Positions 41,534-52,075 of a DNA stretch of 64,000 bases are shown piece by piece. A program made the translations under genes and the position numbers. Source of the DNA: Epithemia pelagica (lineage: Eukaryota; Protista; Bacillariophyta). The stretch's first letter is position 1; every line of letters starts with the position of its first letter. Location: the NCBI GenBank assembly GCA_946965045.2, contig OX337231.1, positions 1,116,001 through 1,180,000 of the forward strand, written 5' to 3'. The notes below the pieces were generated by a model, which saw only the letters and a program-made list of their open reading frames with translations, had not been told where the DNA came from and ran no database searches.

Positions 41534-44140
41534 GTGGCATGCATGGTTGACAAGCCCGCTGAGCTAGCACGGGTGATCCGGGCTGTTGCGAGTGACGAAC
41601 GAAGCACATGGTGGTACGACATCAACATCGACGATGGTGATGAAAATAGCCTTGCCAATCTCCTGCAAGTGTCGAATGAGTGTCTAATGACATTCCTTGC
41701 AGATGTAGGATGGGTGAAAAAACAAACTTCTCCACGTCCATGCTGGGTGGTCAAAGTTGCATGACAGAACTTGCTACTTTTAAGTACAATAGTCAGAACT
41801 CACGCCACTTTATCAGGATTGGAAGCTTGTGGCCTCTTGCTGCCAACAGCAGTACCAAGCCGCTCGACGTGCTGCGTGATTGCATTCGTTCAAGAATCTC
41901 AAGTTTGAACATGATTCGCTCAACAATCAAAGAAATGATGGAAGACTCTGGCTCCGAGAAAAAAGTTCTCCGAAGAGACGGTGAAGCGCACTACGGACAG
42001 GCGAACGGAGACGTGACAGTACTAAACCAGTCGCAATCGCAGGTGTCGACGACAGGAGGGATTCTACAGCACAACAACAAAGAACCCAAGCGTTTGCCAC
42101 CACTCTAATATCAACGTATGCAGAAAACAAACGAATCAAGCAAAATGAACTTTTGAAGGTGCTCTTGGAGCTTCATGTCTTGCCCAAGATATTCAAGCCG
42201 GAGTTTCTACAATGATCCGACGAATACTGACTCGACCCCAAGGATTTTGGAGACGACATTGCTGAAGGAATGTCTCAGGTGATGTCTCTTTTGCTACAGT
42301 CGAAGGAACAGATGGTTAGTAGTATATGGTTGGATCTACGTATATGATGCCCAAACCACAACTTCGCCTCCCAACATTACAAGAGTATAACATCGATCCA
42401 ACAAACAAACGGTTAGTGGGTGGGATTGTGCGTGACCTAATCACGTGCTCTAACCAGCAGAGAGCTTGTTGTGCCCACATCGGCGCAGTACAGATGTGCC
42501 AATGAGAGAGTAGATTGGAGTGTTTGCGATCCTGTGAAAGTCTTCCTCTTTTTTCTGGATGGCATCTTCAGCCGCAGGGGAACGCGACTGCAATGGTCGT
42601 CGATCGATGTTGTTGTTTCGGCCGACCATGGCAAGGGCTTTTCTCGTGTCCATGCGGTCTTCATTTGCAGAAAGCGGAAGGATGATGGTACGTGGACGGA
42701 GCAGAGCGATTCCTACAGTTTGGCAGAAGCCAAATGTAAAAAAGACGCGTACGAGATCCTCCATAATACCTACATGCCGCAACTCAACAATGTACTTCAT
42801 CTCTTGGTTGAGAAAGGTGGTGTTGATGTGTGGAAGAAAGCTTTCCAGGACCAAGACGAGGAGCTGGGGGACAGGTTCTACACGAGTCTAGCTGGTTCAC
42901 CACCGAAGAACCATGGTGATGTCAAGCTCTACGACACTTGCATCCCAGTAGAAGTTTTCTTTGCTGGTGATATTTCTCAAATCATGACAAACTACGGTCG
43001 TGAGGGAATGGGAAGTTATTGGTGCCCCTACTGCACACTTGGACGGGACCAATGGCAAGGCCTTGGTCATGTTAGAGGGTTGAAGTGGACTCTTGCGACA
43101 ATGGCAAGTCAATTAATTCACAACAACAATCACCTAAACGAGAAAGATACTTAAAAAGAAGGGGAGTGAAAGAGGCTCCATTGCTCACAGCTGTGGATGT
43201 GGACCATTCGTCACTCCCAGTGCTGCACCTTATGTTGGGGGTGGTCAACAAAGTCGAGGAGAGCCTGATGACCGAAATCCAGGCAGGTTGTGAGGCGTAC
43301 ACGCCTCAATATGTCAATCTTGAGTGCAATCTTGAGAAGTTAAAAGAGTGGCATGCACAATTTTCAACGCAAAAGACGGAGTTGGAGAGCCAACTTTGCA
43401 AGACTCGAGCTAGAGCAGAGCCAACTTGCAAGACTCCAGGACAGAGGACAAACAACAATCAATAGTATGAGAGAACTTGTTGCGACACAACAAACCTTAT
43501 TGAGGCAGTCGTTGGAAAATCTCAAGAATGAGAAAAAGAATTCTGTGAACTTGGTTAAAGCAGCAAAAGCAAAATTTGCATCGGAGAAAAGTGAAGACGC
43601 CAACTCAAAACGATTCGGACAACCAGTGCGGGCTGCGATTGAGCAGATAATGAAGAAGCATGGCATCGACCGGGCAGCTTTCCACGGTGGCGATCTGCAA
43701 GGTCCAGCTTGCCGCACTCTCCTTATCAAGCGGAGGGCAATATTCAGTGATGTATGGCATCACATTGAGTGCCTGCCTGCCGGAGAGAAACTTGGCAACG
43801 ATGTGATGTTCAAGGAGGTGCTGGATGCGTATGAAAGATTGCTGGGGCACTTTGATGCCATCTTTGCAATCTCCAAGACGAAGCGCCATCACATGAAAGA
43901 GGAGCAACTCAATTCACTGGAGAAGCATGTGAAGCATGCGTGTGCTGTCTGGAGAGGACTGGGCATCTCCATCACACCAAAGATGCATATCATTGAAGAT
44001 CACTTAGAGGACTCGGTTCAAAAAACGATGGGCTCGGCGACCTTGGTGAGGACGAAGGCGAACGGGCACATCAAACCGGATCGCAGGACCAGTACCGATA
44101 CAAGTCCTTGAACGCTGCAGCCAAAGCCAAATAATCGGCA
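41534..44140 (+). pseudogene. Transib/Chapaev/RAG1-like DDE transposase with multiple frameshifts
   Basis: In order: VVVSADHGKG (D at 42624), FFAGDISQ...GREGMGSYWCPYC (D at 42969 plus CxxC), LPVLHLMLGVVNK, FHGGDLQGPACR, SITPKMHIIEDH, GLGDLGEDEGERAHQ (E near 44060). Confidence 0.7.
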
Positions 44141-44920
44141 CAGGTAGAGGCAATGGCAAAAAGTGACAGCGTTCAAGAGAGAATCAAGATGGTTGTTGAG
44201 AAGACATCTCGAACCAAGAAAAGGGCACGAGAGGACGAGGACGAAAGTAATGATGATGGCAATGACAGTGGTGAACACAACAATGCAACAACAACAGTAC
44301 TTACGGCTTGTCCCAGACACAAGGGCCGTTGAGAAAGGCAGTGTGCAGCTCTCCTTGAGCTGCAAATCGTGGATGGGATGCCGTATCCCTCGCTTGTGAA
44401 GCTTCGAAAGAAGAAGCTCCTTGCTTCAAATGACGACGACGACCTATGTAATAAACAAGTATAGTCTATGGAAATTGTGCATGTGTGTTTAGATACTAGT
44501 AGTCTAAGAGGAGAATCCTCGTTTAGGGAACCCAACTTCTCTACATTTCTTCTTCAAAGGCTTCAGCAAGTCATGCCCACCAGAAATGGTGAACCGGATC
44601 ATCCATTTCCGGTCGACTGTTTCGTCACCTGGTTCGAGGGGCAACGGAACGACAACAAAAAATTCAAGCCCAGGTAGTTCGTGACGTGCACTTTGAATTC
44701 GATACACGTCCCACTCCATTACTTTGCAACTCTGAAAAGAAGACACAATGACATTGTCCGCATCATTGTTGAGTTGGTAGGAGATCTGGAAACCATTTCC
44801 AAAAATGGTTGGACCAACAAAGAGGGTGGCATCGCGGCTTCGGCTCCACATTTGTCCCACAGCATTGTGGTTTGCGATACCAACTTGGAGCAATCCACCA
44901 GGCAATCTCATTGTCGTTGT

Positions 44921-45235
44921 CTTCTTCTTCTTCTTCTTCTTCTTCTTGTTCTTCTTCTTCTTCTTCTTCTTGTTCTTCTTCTTCTTCTTCTTCTTCTTCT
45001 TCTTGTTCTTCTTCTTCTTCTTCTTCTTCTTCTTCTTCTTCTTCTTCTTGTTCTTCTTCTTGTTCTTCTTCTTCTTCTTCTTCTTCTTCTTCTTCTTCTT
45101 CTTCTTCTTCTTCTTCTTCTTGTTCTTCTTCTTCTTCTTCTTCTTCTTCTTCTTCTTCTTGTTCTTCTTCTTCTTCTTCTTCTTCTTCTTCTTCTTCTTC
45201 TTCTTCTTCTTCTTCTTCTTCTTCTTCTTCTTCTT
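44921..45235. repeat. (CTT)n microsatellite of ~105 triplets with scattered CTT-GTT interruptions; poly-Glu on the minus strand
   Basis: Directly visible; ORF 44763-45326 reads E-runs broken by Q. Confidence 0.97.
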
Positions 45236-46371
45236 GGATGGCCGCGTCTTCTTCTTCTTGTTGTTGTTGTTGTTCTTGTCGTTGTCTTCTTTGTTGCGTC
45301 TCCTCCTTTGTTGCTGTCGTCCTCATTTCGTTCTCTTGCTTGATTTGTTGTCCGACTACTTCAGTGCCTGTTTTCTGTGGGGAGTGGGGAGTGGGGACAC
45401 GATGACTGGTTGTTGTGTGTTGTGTATTCTTATTGTCAATTCTTGTCTGGTTGATTGCTGTGTCTCGTATTATTGTTGTATCACCTGCCGCGCGCTACAT
45501 GTGGAAGACGGGATGGCTCGGCTTTAATGCGCGGCCCTCTTCTCCCGCCACCAAGGGAGTCGTGCTTGGAGCCAAGCGAATACATTTTCGTGTCAGAATG
45601 ACTCCGCCATCACATTTTTCATTGATTGTTGCATTCACCAGCCACGATCAACGATGGACGCAAAGCAGCAGGACCGTTGCCATTCGATGAGGGCTATCCT
45701 GAAGCACAAAGCAACAGGTGATGCCCTTGTGCTGAATGGATCAAGTAGTGCCACCCATTCATTTGTCGTGTCGTCCATGCCATCGTCGTCAGCAGCTCTC
45801 TCGCAACTTTGCCTGGCAGTAAGTACAAATTCTTTTCTGTCTTCTTTTGAATTCGAATGAAAGACTTACCATGTTTGTCCAGGAACACTTTCCATTGATG
45901 GTGAATGGAAACTTGTTTTCCTGGACAAGTGTACTGAAAAGCGCCGAAGCACAAGAAGGGTGCTGAACAGAAGCACGACGGGGAGGCCGCGTCGTTGTTG
46001 AAGAAGCGGCAGCATTCGACAGAAGTTGGAGTCATTCAAGAGGAGAAGGAGGAGGAGGACGACGAGGACAACGACGGACGTCTCAACAACAATCATCCAG
46101 GTGGGAGAAGTGGTGAGGATGATGGAAGCAGCGACGATTCCTCGGACGACGGTGCCATCCGTACGATTGACAAGTGGTCCCAAGAAGTGAGTGTCATGCA
46201 AGATGAAGAGCTCATGAGAGCTTTTATCTTGCCAGCCCCAAGAATCGTGCCTAAGCTAGGTTTTTAAAGGAATCTAGGATATATATATATATATGCAATT
46301 GATCTGCCGCGTACTTTCCGCGACTCTTCATAACTATAGAACTACCTATTGGGAAATATAGCCAATCCCTC

Positions 46372-46458
46372 GGTATCAGTGTCCACTGCTTAGCTGTTTT
46401 TTGTCTGTGCCACTTGCATAGGTTCCCAAGTGGACACAGACAACAAAATTTTCTTTTT
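46372..46458 (+). repeat. Left 87-bp TIR of the MULE
   Basis: Exact reverse complement of 51989-52075, compared base by base. Confidence 0.97.
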
Positions 46459-46647
46459 TCAGATTTCCTCGCTAGAAATTCCCTTTACCTGTAATTTAAC
46501 TCCCTAGAATGACATGCTCGCTAGTTTTGACCGTTGAAGCACCACTGACCAACTCGCTAGTTCTTCTCTCACACTCTCCAAAACAACAAGCACACTACAC
46601 AGTCTGCACGAAGCACAACCAACAACAAAAAACCATTGACCCATCCC

Positions 46648-47220
46648 CCATCTTTGAACAAGCATAACTCTACATTGGTAAGTCAGATTGGAGTCTACTC
46701 TTGTGCATTAGAACCGTCTCTAACCTCTCTTTACAATGGTTGTACACCGCATTCTGGCGCATTTCTACAGAAAAAGTTGTACTGGATTGAGTGGAGTGGT
46801 ACGACTTTTTTGTCTTTTGGGACTGTCCATCTTTGAACAAGCATCACTCTACATTGGTAAGTCAGATTGGAGTCTACTCTTGTGCATTAGAACCGTCTCT
46901 AACCTCTCTTTACAATGGTTGTACACCGCATTCTGGCGCATTTCTACAGAAAAAGTTGTACTGGATTGAGTGGAGTGGTACGACTTTTTTGTCTCTTGGG
47001 ACTGTCAATCTTTGAACAAGCATCACTCTACATTGGTAAGTCAGATTGGAGTCTACTCTTGTGCATTAGAACCGTCTCTAACCTCTCTTTACAATGGTTG
47101 TACACCGCATTCTGGCGCATTTCTACAGAAAAAGTTGTACTGGATTGAGTGGAGTGGTACGACTTTTTTGTCTCTTGGGACTGTCCATCTTTGAACAAGC
47201 ATAACTCTACATTGGTAAGT
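46648..47220 (+). repeat. 179-bp tandem repeat (~3.2 copies); each unit is an 86-nt exon-like plus a 93-nt intron-like segment
   Basis: GTAAGT donors at 46678, 46857, 47036 and 47215; CTAAC branch motif; TTTCTACAG acceptors ending at 46770, 46949 and 47128. Confidence 0.9.
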
Positions 47221-47362
47221 TGGGTTGTTGTTTGAATGGATGTCACGTATATTGCTCCAACTCCTTGCTTACCTCCTTGCTTACATTTTTTGTTGCACAT
47301 TGTTCTTTCCAGATTAAAAGAAAAGTTTACTCCTGCTCAAGTCTGTGGTGGTCTTCTTCTAA

Positions 47363-48817
47363 ATGTCTGTTGCCAAAAAAGTTCTTAAGGGTGGCCGATC
47401 AGACCCAGCACACTCTATGAGTGTGTGCCATTCCAATGGCAAGGGTCTCACCACCTTGTCCGTGGATAGATCTTCTTTCCATTGGGCGGGACTGGCAGAA
47501 AAGATGGAATCATGTGGCGACGCAAAAGTTCTCAAGGGTGGCCGATCAGACCCAACATGCTCTTCGAGCATGTGTCATGCATCAAATGACAAGGGTCTCA
47601 CCGCCTTGTGCTTGGATAGATCTTCTATCCATAGGACGGGACTGAATTCATCGCACACTACAAAGAAGAAAACTGCTTCAAAGTTGATCCGAAACCTTAG
47701 CAAGCACAGCTACAAAAACAACGATTGCTCTATCATCAACATCATACATACGTTCAAGTCTAACAAGCCTTCTTCACAACGAACACAAGTTGGAAAGGTT
47801 ATATTGCATGGATGCTCCAAGGCAAGATCTAAAACTCAGCAACAGCATCGGAATAACAAATCAAAGAAGCAGTTGGAATTGAAGAATGTTGACAATGCTT
47901 CAAGTGAACACACACTGTCTGCACAAGTTCTTGACAAAAAATGCTGTGTTTTCAAAGATGACGCGTCCGAGTCTTTGTTTGTTTCCAACAGTCAAAAATC
48001 TTCTCAGTTGGACTTCATTTCATTGTTTTTGTTTCTAACAACTGATGTGGGACAAGGTGGGGCCATGTTTTGTCGAAAAAAAGCTGAGCTTCCCGTCTTC
48101 CTCAAAACTCCGAGAAACAAGAACCTTACCACCTTTGCTTTTGAAGACAAAGTCATCAAAGTTCTCGGGAAACTTGAGAGTCAGGTAAAGTTCCAACAGA
48201 GAGGCAAAACACAATTTGTGGCACAAGATTCAAACAAATCATCGTATGTAACAGTTGGAATGACAGCAAACCGAGGTGGGAAAGGAATTGTTCCATCCAA
48301 GTTACATTTGATGAGCAAGAAAGACTTGAAAACAATGGTCAGGTTTGTCAAGCAGATCGAATAGGAGTTCTATGCTTGGGTGGACTGGTCCTACATTTTT
48401 GGCTTTTCGAATTTCAATAAGATTCAAGACATCCCGACTTTGGGAGTCGATGGAAAGAAATCTACCTTCTTCAGTGCTATATCCTTCGGACGGAATGTTT
48501 TCCTAGTAGCTCACAAAGACCAAGACTATGGGTACTCCGTTGTCCTTGCAATGAGTCCTGAAGAATCTGTTCGTCAAAACGAAGAAGTCTTATGCTACTT
48601 TGTCTTTCCTGAACTTGGTCACAAAGTTGCTCTTCGAAATCTGGACATCCTGATTTTCAACCCTCAAGAATACCATTGTGTTTCAAAAAAAGTTGTTGAT
48701 TCAGATGTCTTTGTTCTTTCCTTGTATATGTAAACGTCAGTTGTGGGGAAAAACAATAATGATCTGGGCTTGACTCCAATTGAAGAATGTATTCGTGACT
48801 ACCTCAAACAAGTATAA
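47363..48817 (+). pseudogene. 2OG-Fe(II) dioxygenase, TET/JBP-like, with in-frame stops at 48362-48364 (TAG) and 48731-48733 (TAA)
   Basis: One frame reads SYVTVGMTANRGGKG...QIE*EFYAW...AISFGRNVFLVAHKDQDYGYSVV (HxD at 48512-48520)...CYFVFPELGHKVALRNLDILIFNPQEYHCVS (distal H at 48674)...LSLYM*TSVVGKNNN, final stop 48815-48817. The oxygenase fold is well supported; TET/JBP subfamily is by motif recall. Confidence 0.72.
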
Positions 48818-48855
48818 ATGACACACAAAAATTCATGTTTCTAATCACATCATTT

Positions 48856-51823
48856 TCAGTTTCTGTAGTAAGTTTGTTGATATGAACTTCGAGAATTGTC
48901 GAAGTCGATATTGCTTGAAATAAATTGGTCTATTTCATTTGTCGTCCTGTTGCCCTCAAGTACACGTCTGCGTTTTCTTCCTAATTCACGGGATTGGTTT
49001 TGTTGCGCTTCACTTAGAATTGTCATGAGATGTTTCCAAGATGAGCGGCAGTTGAACAAGGGAAGCATATCCTTGAAAAAGGTTATCAAAGCTGACTGTT
49101 TTACCAAGTCGGATAATGGCATTTGAAACTGATACTCATTGCAGTCCACTTTATCAGAGTCGACGATCTCCTCCTCCATTGTAGTCTCTTGTGTGTAAGG
49201 AAACTCAGTGTCATCTATATCTTCTCCTTCTTTTCCTGTACGATCTCTTTCTATTGGCTGATACTGAGTTGGATATTCCGAGACAGTATAGTTCCAGCAT
49301 AGAGGAACTGGACTGTTTGCAATTTCTAGGATGTCGTCAATAGTATATTCGGTGCCTGACCAGATAAGGATAGTCTTCTTCTGTGGAGATGTCTGTTTTC
49401 AAACGAAGCCCAATCTGATCCATTTTCTGGAGATCAGCATATGCCTCTGTAAGGGAGGAAAATCCATCAGAATGGGCATAATAACCATATGCAAGATGCC
49501 ATCGCACATCGATGTCTGAAGTTTCATATTCTGGTTCAATTGCAAATAGATGACGACAAGGGATCCCGTGCCTGTGCATATAACCACAGGAACACTGTAG
49601 ATATCCATCATTGTTTACCACTTTCCATGCATTCTTAAACACAGGAGGGCAAAGTGTGCTTGTTCTAAATTCCGACAAGCCACTTATAGAATTTCGGAGA
49701 ACGTACCATTGGTTGGGGGCATACCTTGCAACAGTGTATTGGGTTCGTTGGCGATATTGTTGGATAACCATGTGACGTGCCATGTTTGAAACACCAGATA
49801 AAGCCTTGATATTTATGCTTTGAATCATGTCGAATGTATAAAGGAACTTCTGAAAGTTGTCGAGCAAGATTCCCTCTTCGATCTTTGGCTGCAAGAGAAG
49901 AATGGTTAAGCATTGCGTTGGCTGCCGTAGCCATGCACATGTTTGGTTTCGCTGAGATGTCAGAATTTTTGCATGAACGATTCATTGCTTCTCCCGAATT
50001 GTTCATATATTCATCAAAACATCGGTGATATGTTTTTCTCCAAAAGGCAGTAGAGCTTTCCTGTGGAAGTATTTTCTCTATTATCCATCGCTCGATTTCT
50101 GTTAATCCCGTCGGTGTGAAAAACGGCTCCAATACCCCACTCTGAATTCGTTTTAGCAGAAGTCCCTTTGATAACTCATATTGTGTCTCTGTGACTCATG
50201 AGCTTCCATCTGACCAACTGTATATCCATCTTTTTATCTCTTTCAAAACTATATGTGACGATGCGTCCAAGCAATAATGATTGTTTATTGAACGTTCAAA
50301 CGTCTTTTGAACAATGTGATACATACATCGGGATCTTCTAACCAATGGTAGGACTGAGCAACATGCTTCTTCGACTGCATCAAACTCTTGCGCGTCACCA
50401 TCAGTGACTACTAGGCGAACTCGTTGTAAGTGATCTCTGCCAATCATAGATGGGAGACACTTGAGAAAGACCCATCGATAGAATGCACTTGTTTCATTGG
50501 GCATAAAAATCCGACAAACAACAAAGGCTTTACCGTTTTGGTCTCTGCCACACATTAAGAGCAATGGTCTTCCTTCATTGTTCGTCTTGTGCGTAGAATC
50601 AACAAAAAGAATCTCTGGAAAACGGAGGAACAGGCGATTAGCTTCCATGTCAATCCATGCAGCACCAAGTAAAACACGTTTGGAAGAAACGTCAATTTGG
50701 AGATCCTGGTTTATCTCCCTTGAGGCATTTGAAGCGTCTGTTAATGCTTCATTTGATTCAAGGCCAATGTCTGTTATCTCTTCTTGAAAGTCGTTACTCA
50801 TTCTATCTTCAACGTCTGTAATTGATAAGCGGTCGTCCTTTTGAACGGCGATGGAAAGCCCGACCTTCCTTTCGACAAGAAAGAAAACAATAGCGCAATC
50901 TGACATTTGGATCACTTGCATTCTTCCTCATCCAGTTGATCATCATGGATGCAGTTGAGTGCTCATTGACAGGATTAGACGAATTTTGCAGAAATGAGGG
51001 TACCATTTGAAGGCGTTGCATTGATCCCCTCGATATAAGTTCCTCTTTATGCTCGAGCACAAAGTATCGAACAGATCCAGATCCAATTGAAGCATTACCA
51101 CCACTCTTGATAACAGCTACTGCTGACTCTGATAGATGTCTTGATTTCAGGGAGAGTTCTCCCGGAATGGGTTTCGGATGGTTTGTATGGAATGCATATC
51201 CACACCCTTGTTTCAAATATGTATCCGTCATGTCCTTCACGAATGCCAAAGCGTAAAGACACCTTGCATGTTTCCTCAATGTGCAATGGACGACCACTGC
51301 AGGTTCCCCTTTGAGACGACTTTCCATCAGGCAGGACGTTCATTTGATTTATCACGATGATATGTGTAGGACCGTATCCCAAGTTGAATGCCATCTTCAT
51401 CAAAATCTTTCGAAGAGTCAATGAATACAAAGATCGGTGTCGGTAGCACTTTTGTCAGATGACAGTGCTTTGTTGCAAATAAAAGTGCGGCATCGATAGC
51501 AAGATAAAACTCCACTGGAACTTCGAGAGATAAGATACCATGAGCAATTCCAAGTTTCTTCAAGTGACATAAAAGCTTGTTCAAGCCTTCTTTAGTTGGT
51601 GGGAATTTGGAAGAGTCAAAAACAATAGGATGTGTCTGTGTCTTGTTGGTAGTTTTGCACCGTGTGGCTTTGTACCTTGACCTATCAGTAAATTGAAAGA
51701 GATCAACAGGATTCTATATCCGATAATGTCACTGCAGAAGAGTTCGGCTTTCCAATTGTTGAGTGCATGAAGCTCGCGATTGAGTCGACTTACTCCGTCG
51801 AAAGAATCTGCCGCCATTGTCAA
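48856..51823 (-). pseudogene. MULE transposase with N-terminal Cys/His region, DDE core and SWIM finger; interrupted by stops and frameshifts
   Basis: FPEILFVDSTHKTN (D1), VVTDGDAQE (D2), RCMYH (CxxH), EYMNNSGEAMN (E), YLQCSCGYMHRHGIPCRHL (SWIM). The 5' boundary is approximate. Confidence 0.92.
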
Positions 51824-51988
51824 ACCACATCAAATCAGCAAAACAGCAGATGAGTAAATACAGAGCATGCGATGTGACAAAGTGAGATTTGAATTCAGTG
51901 GGATGGTGGGCATGCGTTTGATTCCAACGGGAGGAGGGCTTGCTCGATAGTAATGGAAATTTGATGAAATCAGAAAAATAGATTTGTG

Positions 51989-52075
51989 AAAAAGAAAATT
52001 TTGTTGTCTGTGTCCACTTGGGAACCTATGCAAGTGGCACAGACAAAAAACAGCTAAGCAGTGGACACTGATACC
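51989..52075 (-). repeat. Right 87-bp TIR of the MULE
   Basis: Exact reverse complement of 46372-46458. Confidence 0.97.

Larger units (their letters stand above)
46372..52075. mobile_element. Mutator-like (MULE) DNA transposon, 5704 bp, carrying a transposase and a convergent TET/JBP-like dioxygenase gene
   Basis: Perfect 87-bp TIRs enclose a MULE DDE/SWIM transposase (-) and a 2OG-Fe(II) oxygenase (+). No 9-10 bp TSD was found. Confidence 0.92.

Noticed and set aside
44504-45326. RAG2-like partner convergent with the RAG1-like transposase
   Set aside because: Only orientation and acidity fit; no kelch repeats or PHD finger are visible, and no RSS-like heptamer/nonamer ends were found.
44681-45527. 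Poly-L, poly-F and poly-S ORFs that look like membrane proteins
   Set aside because: Frames of the (CTT)n tract.
46266-46280. aaggaatctagg resembles the sequence just outside the right MULE TIR (aaggtattctagg) as a possible TSD
   Set aside because: Imperfect, and about 90 bp away from the left TIR.
46648-47220. Regular repeat resembling a CRISPR array
   Set aside because: The whole 179-bp unit is repeated, there are no unique spacers or cas genes, and the context is eukaryotic. The same applies to the 151-, 183- and 112-bp repeats.
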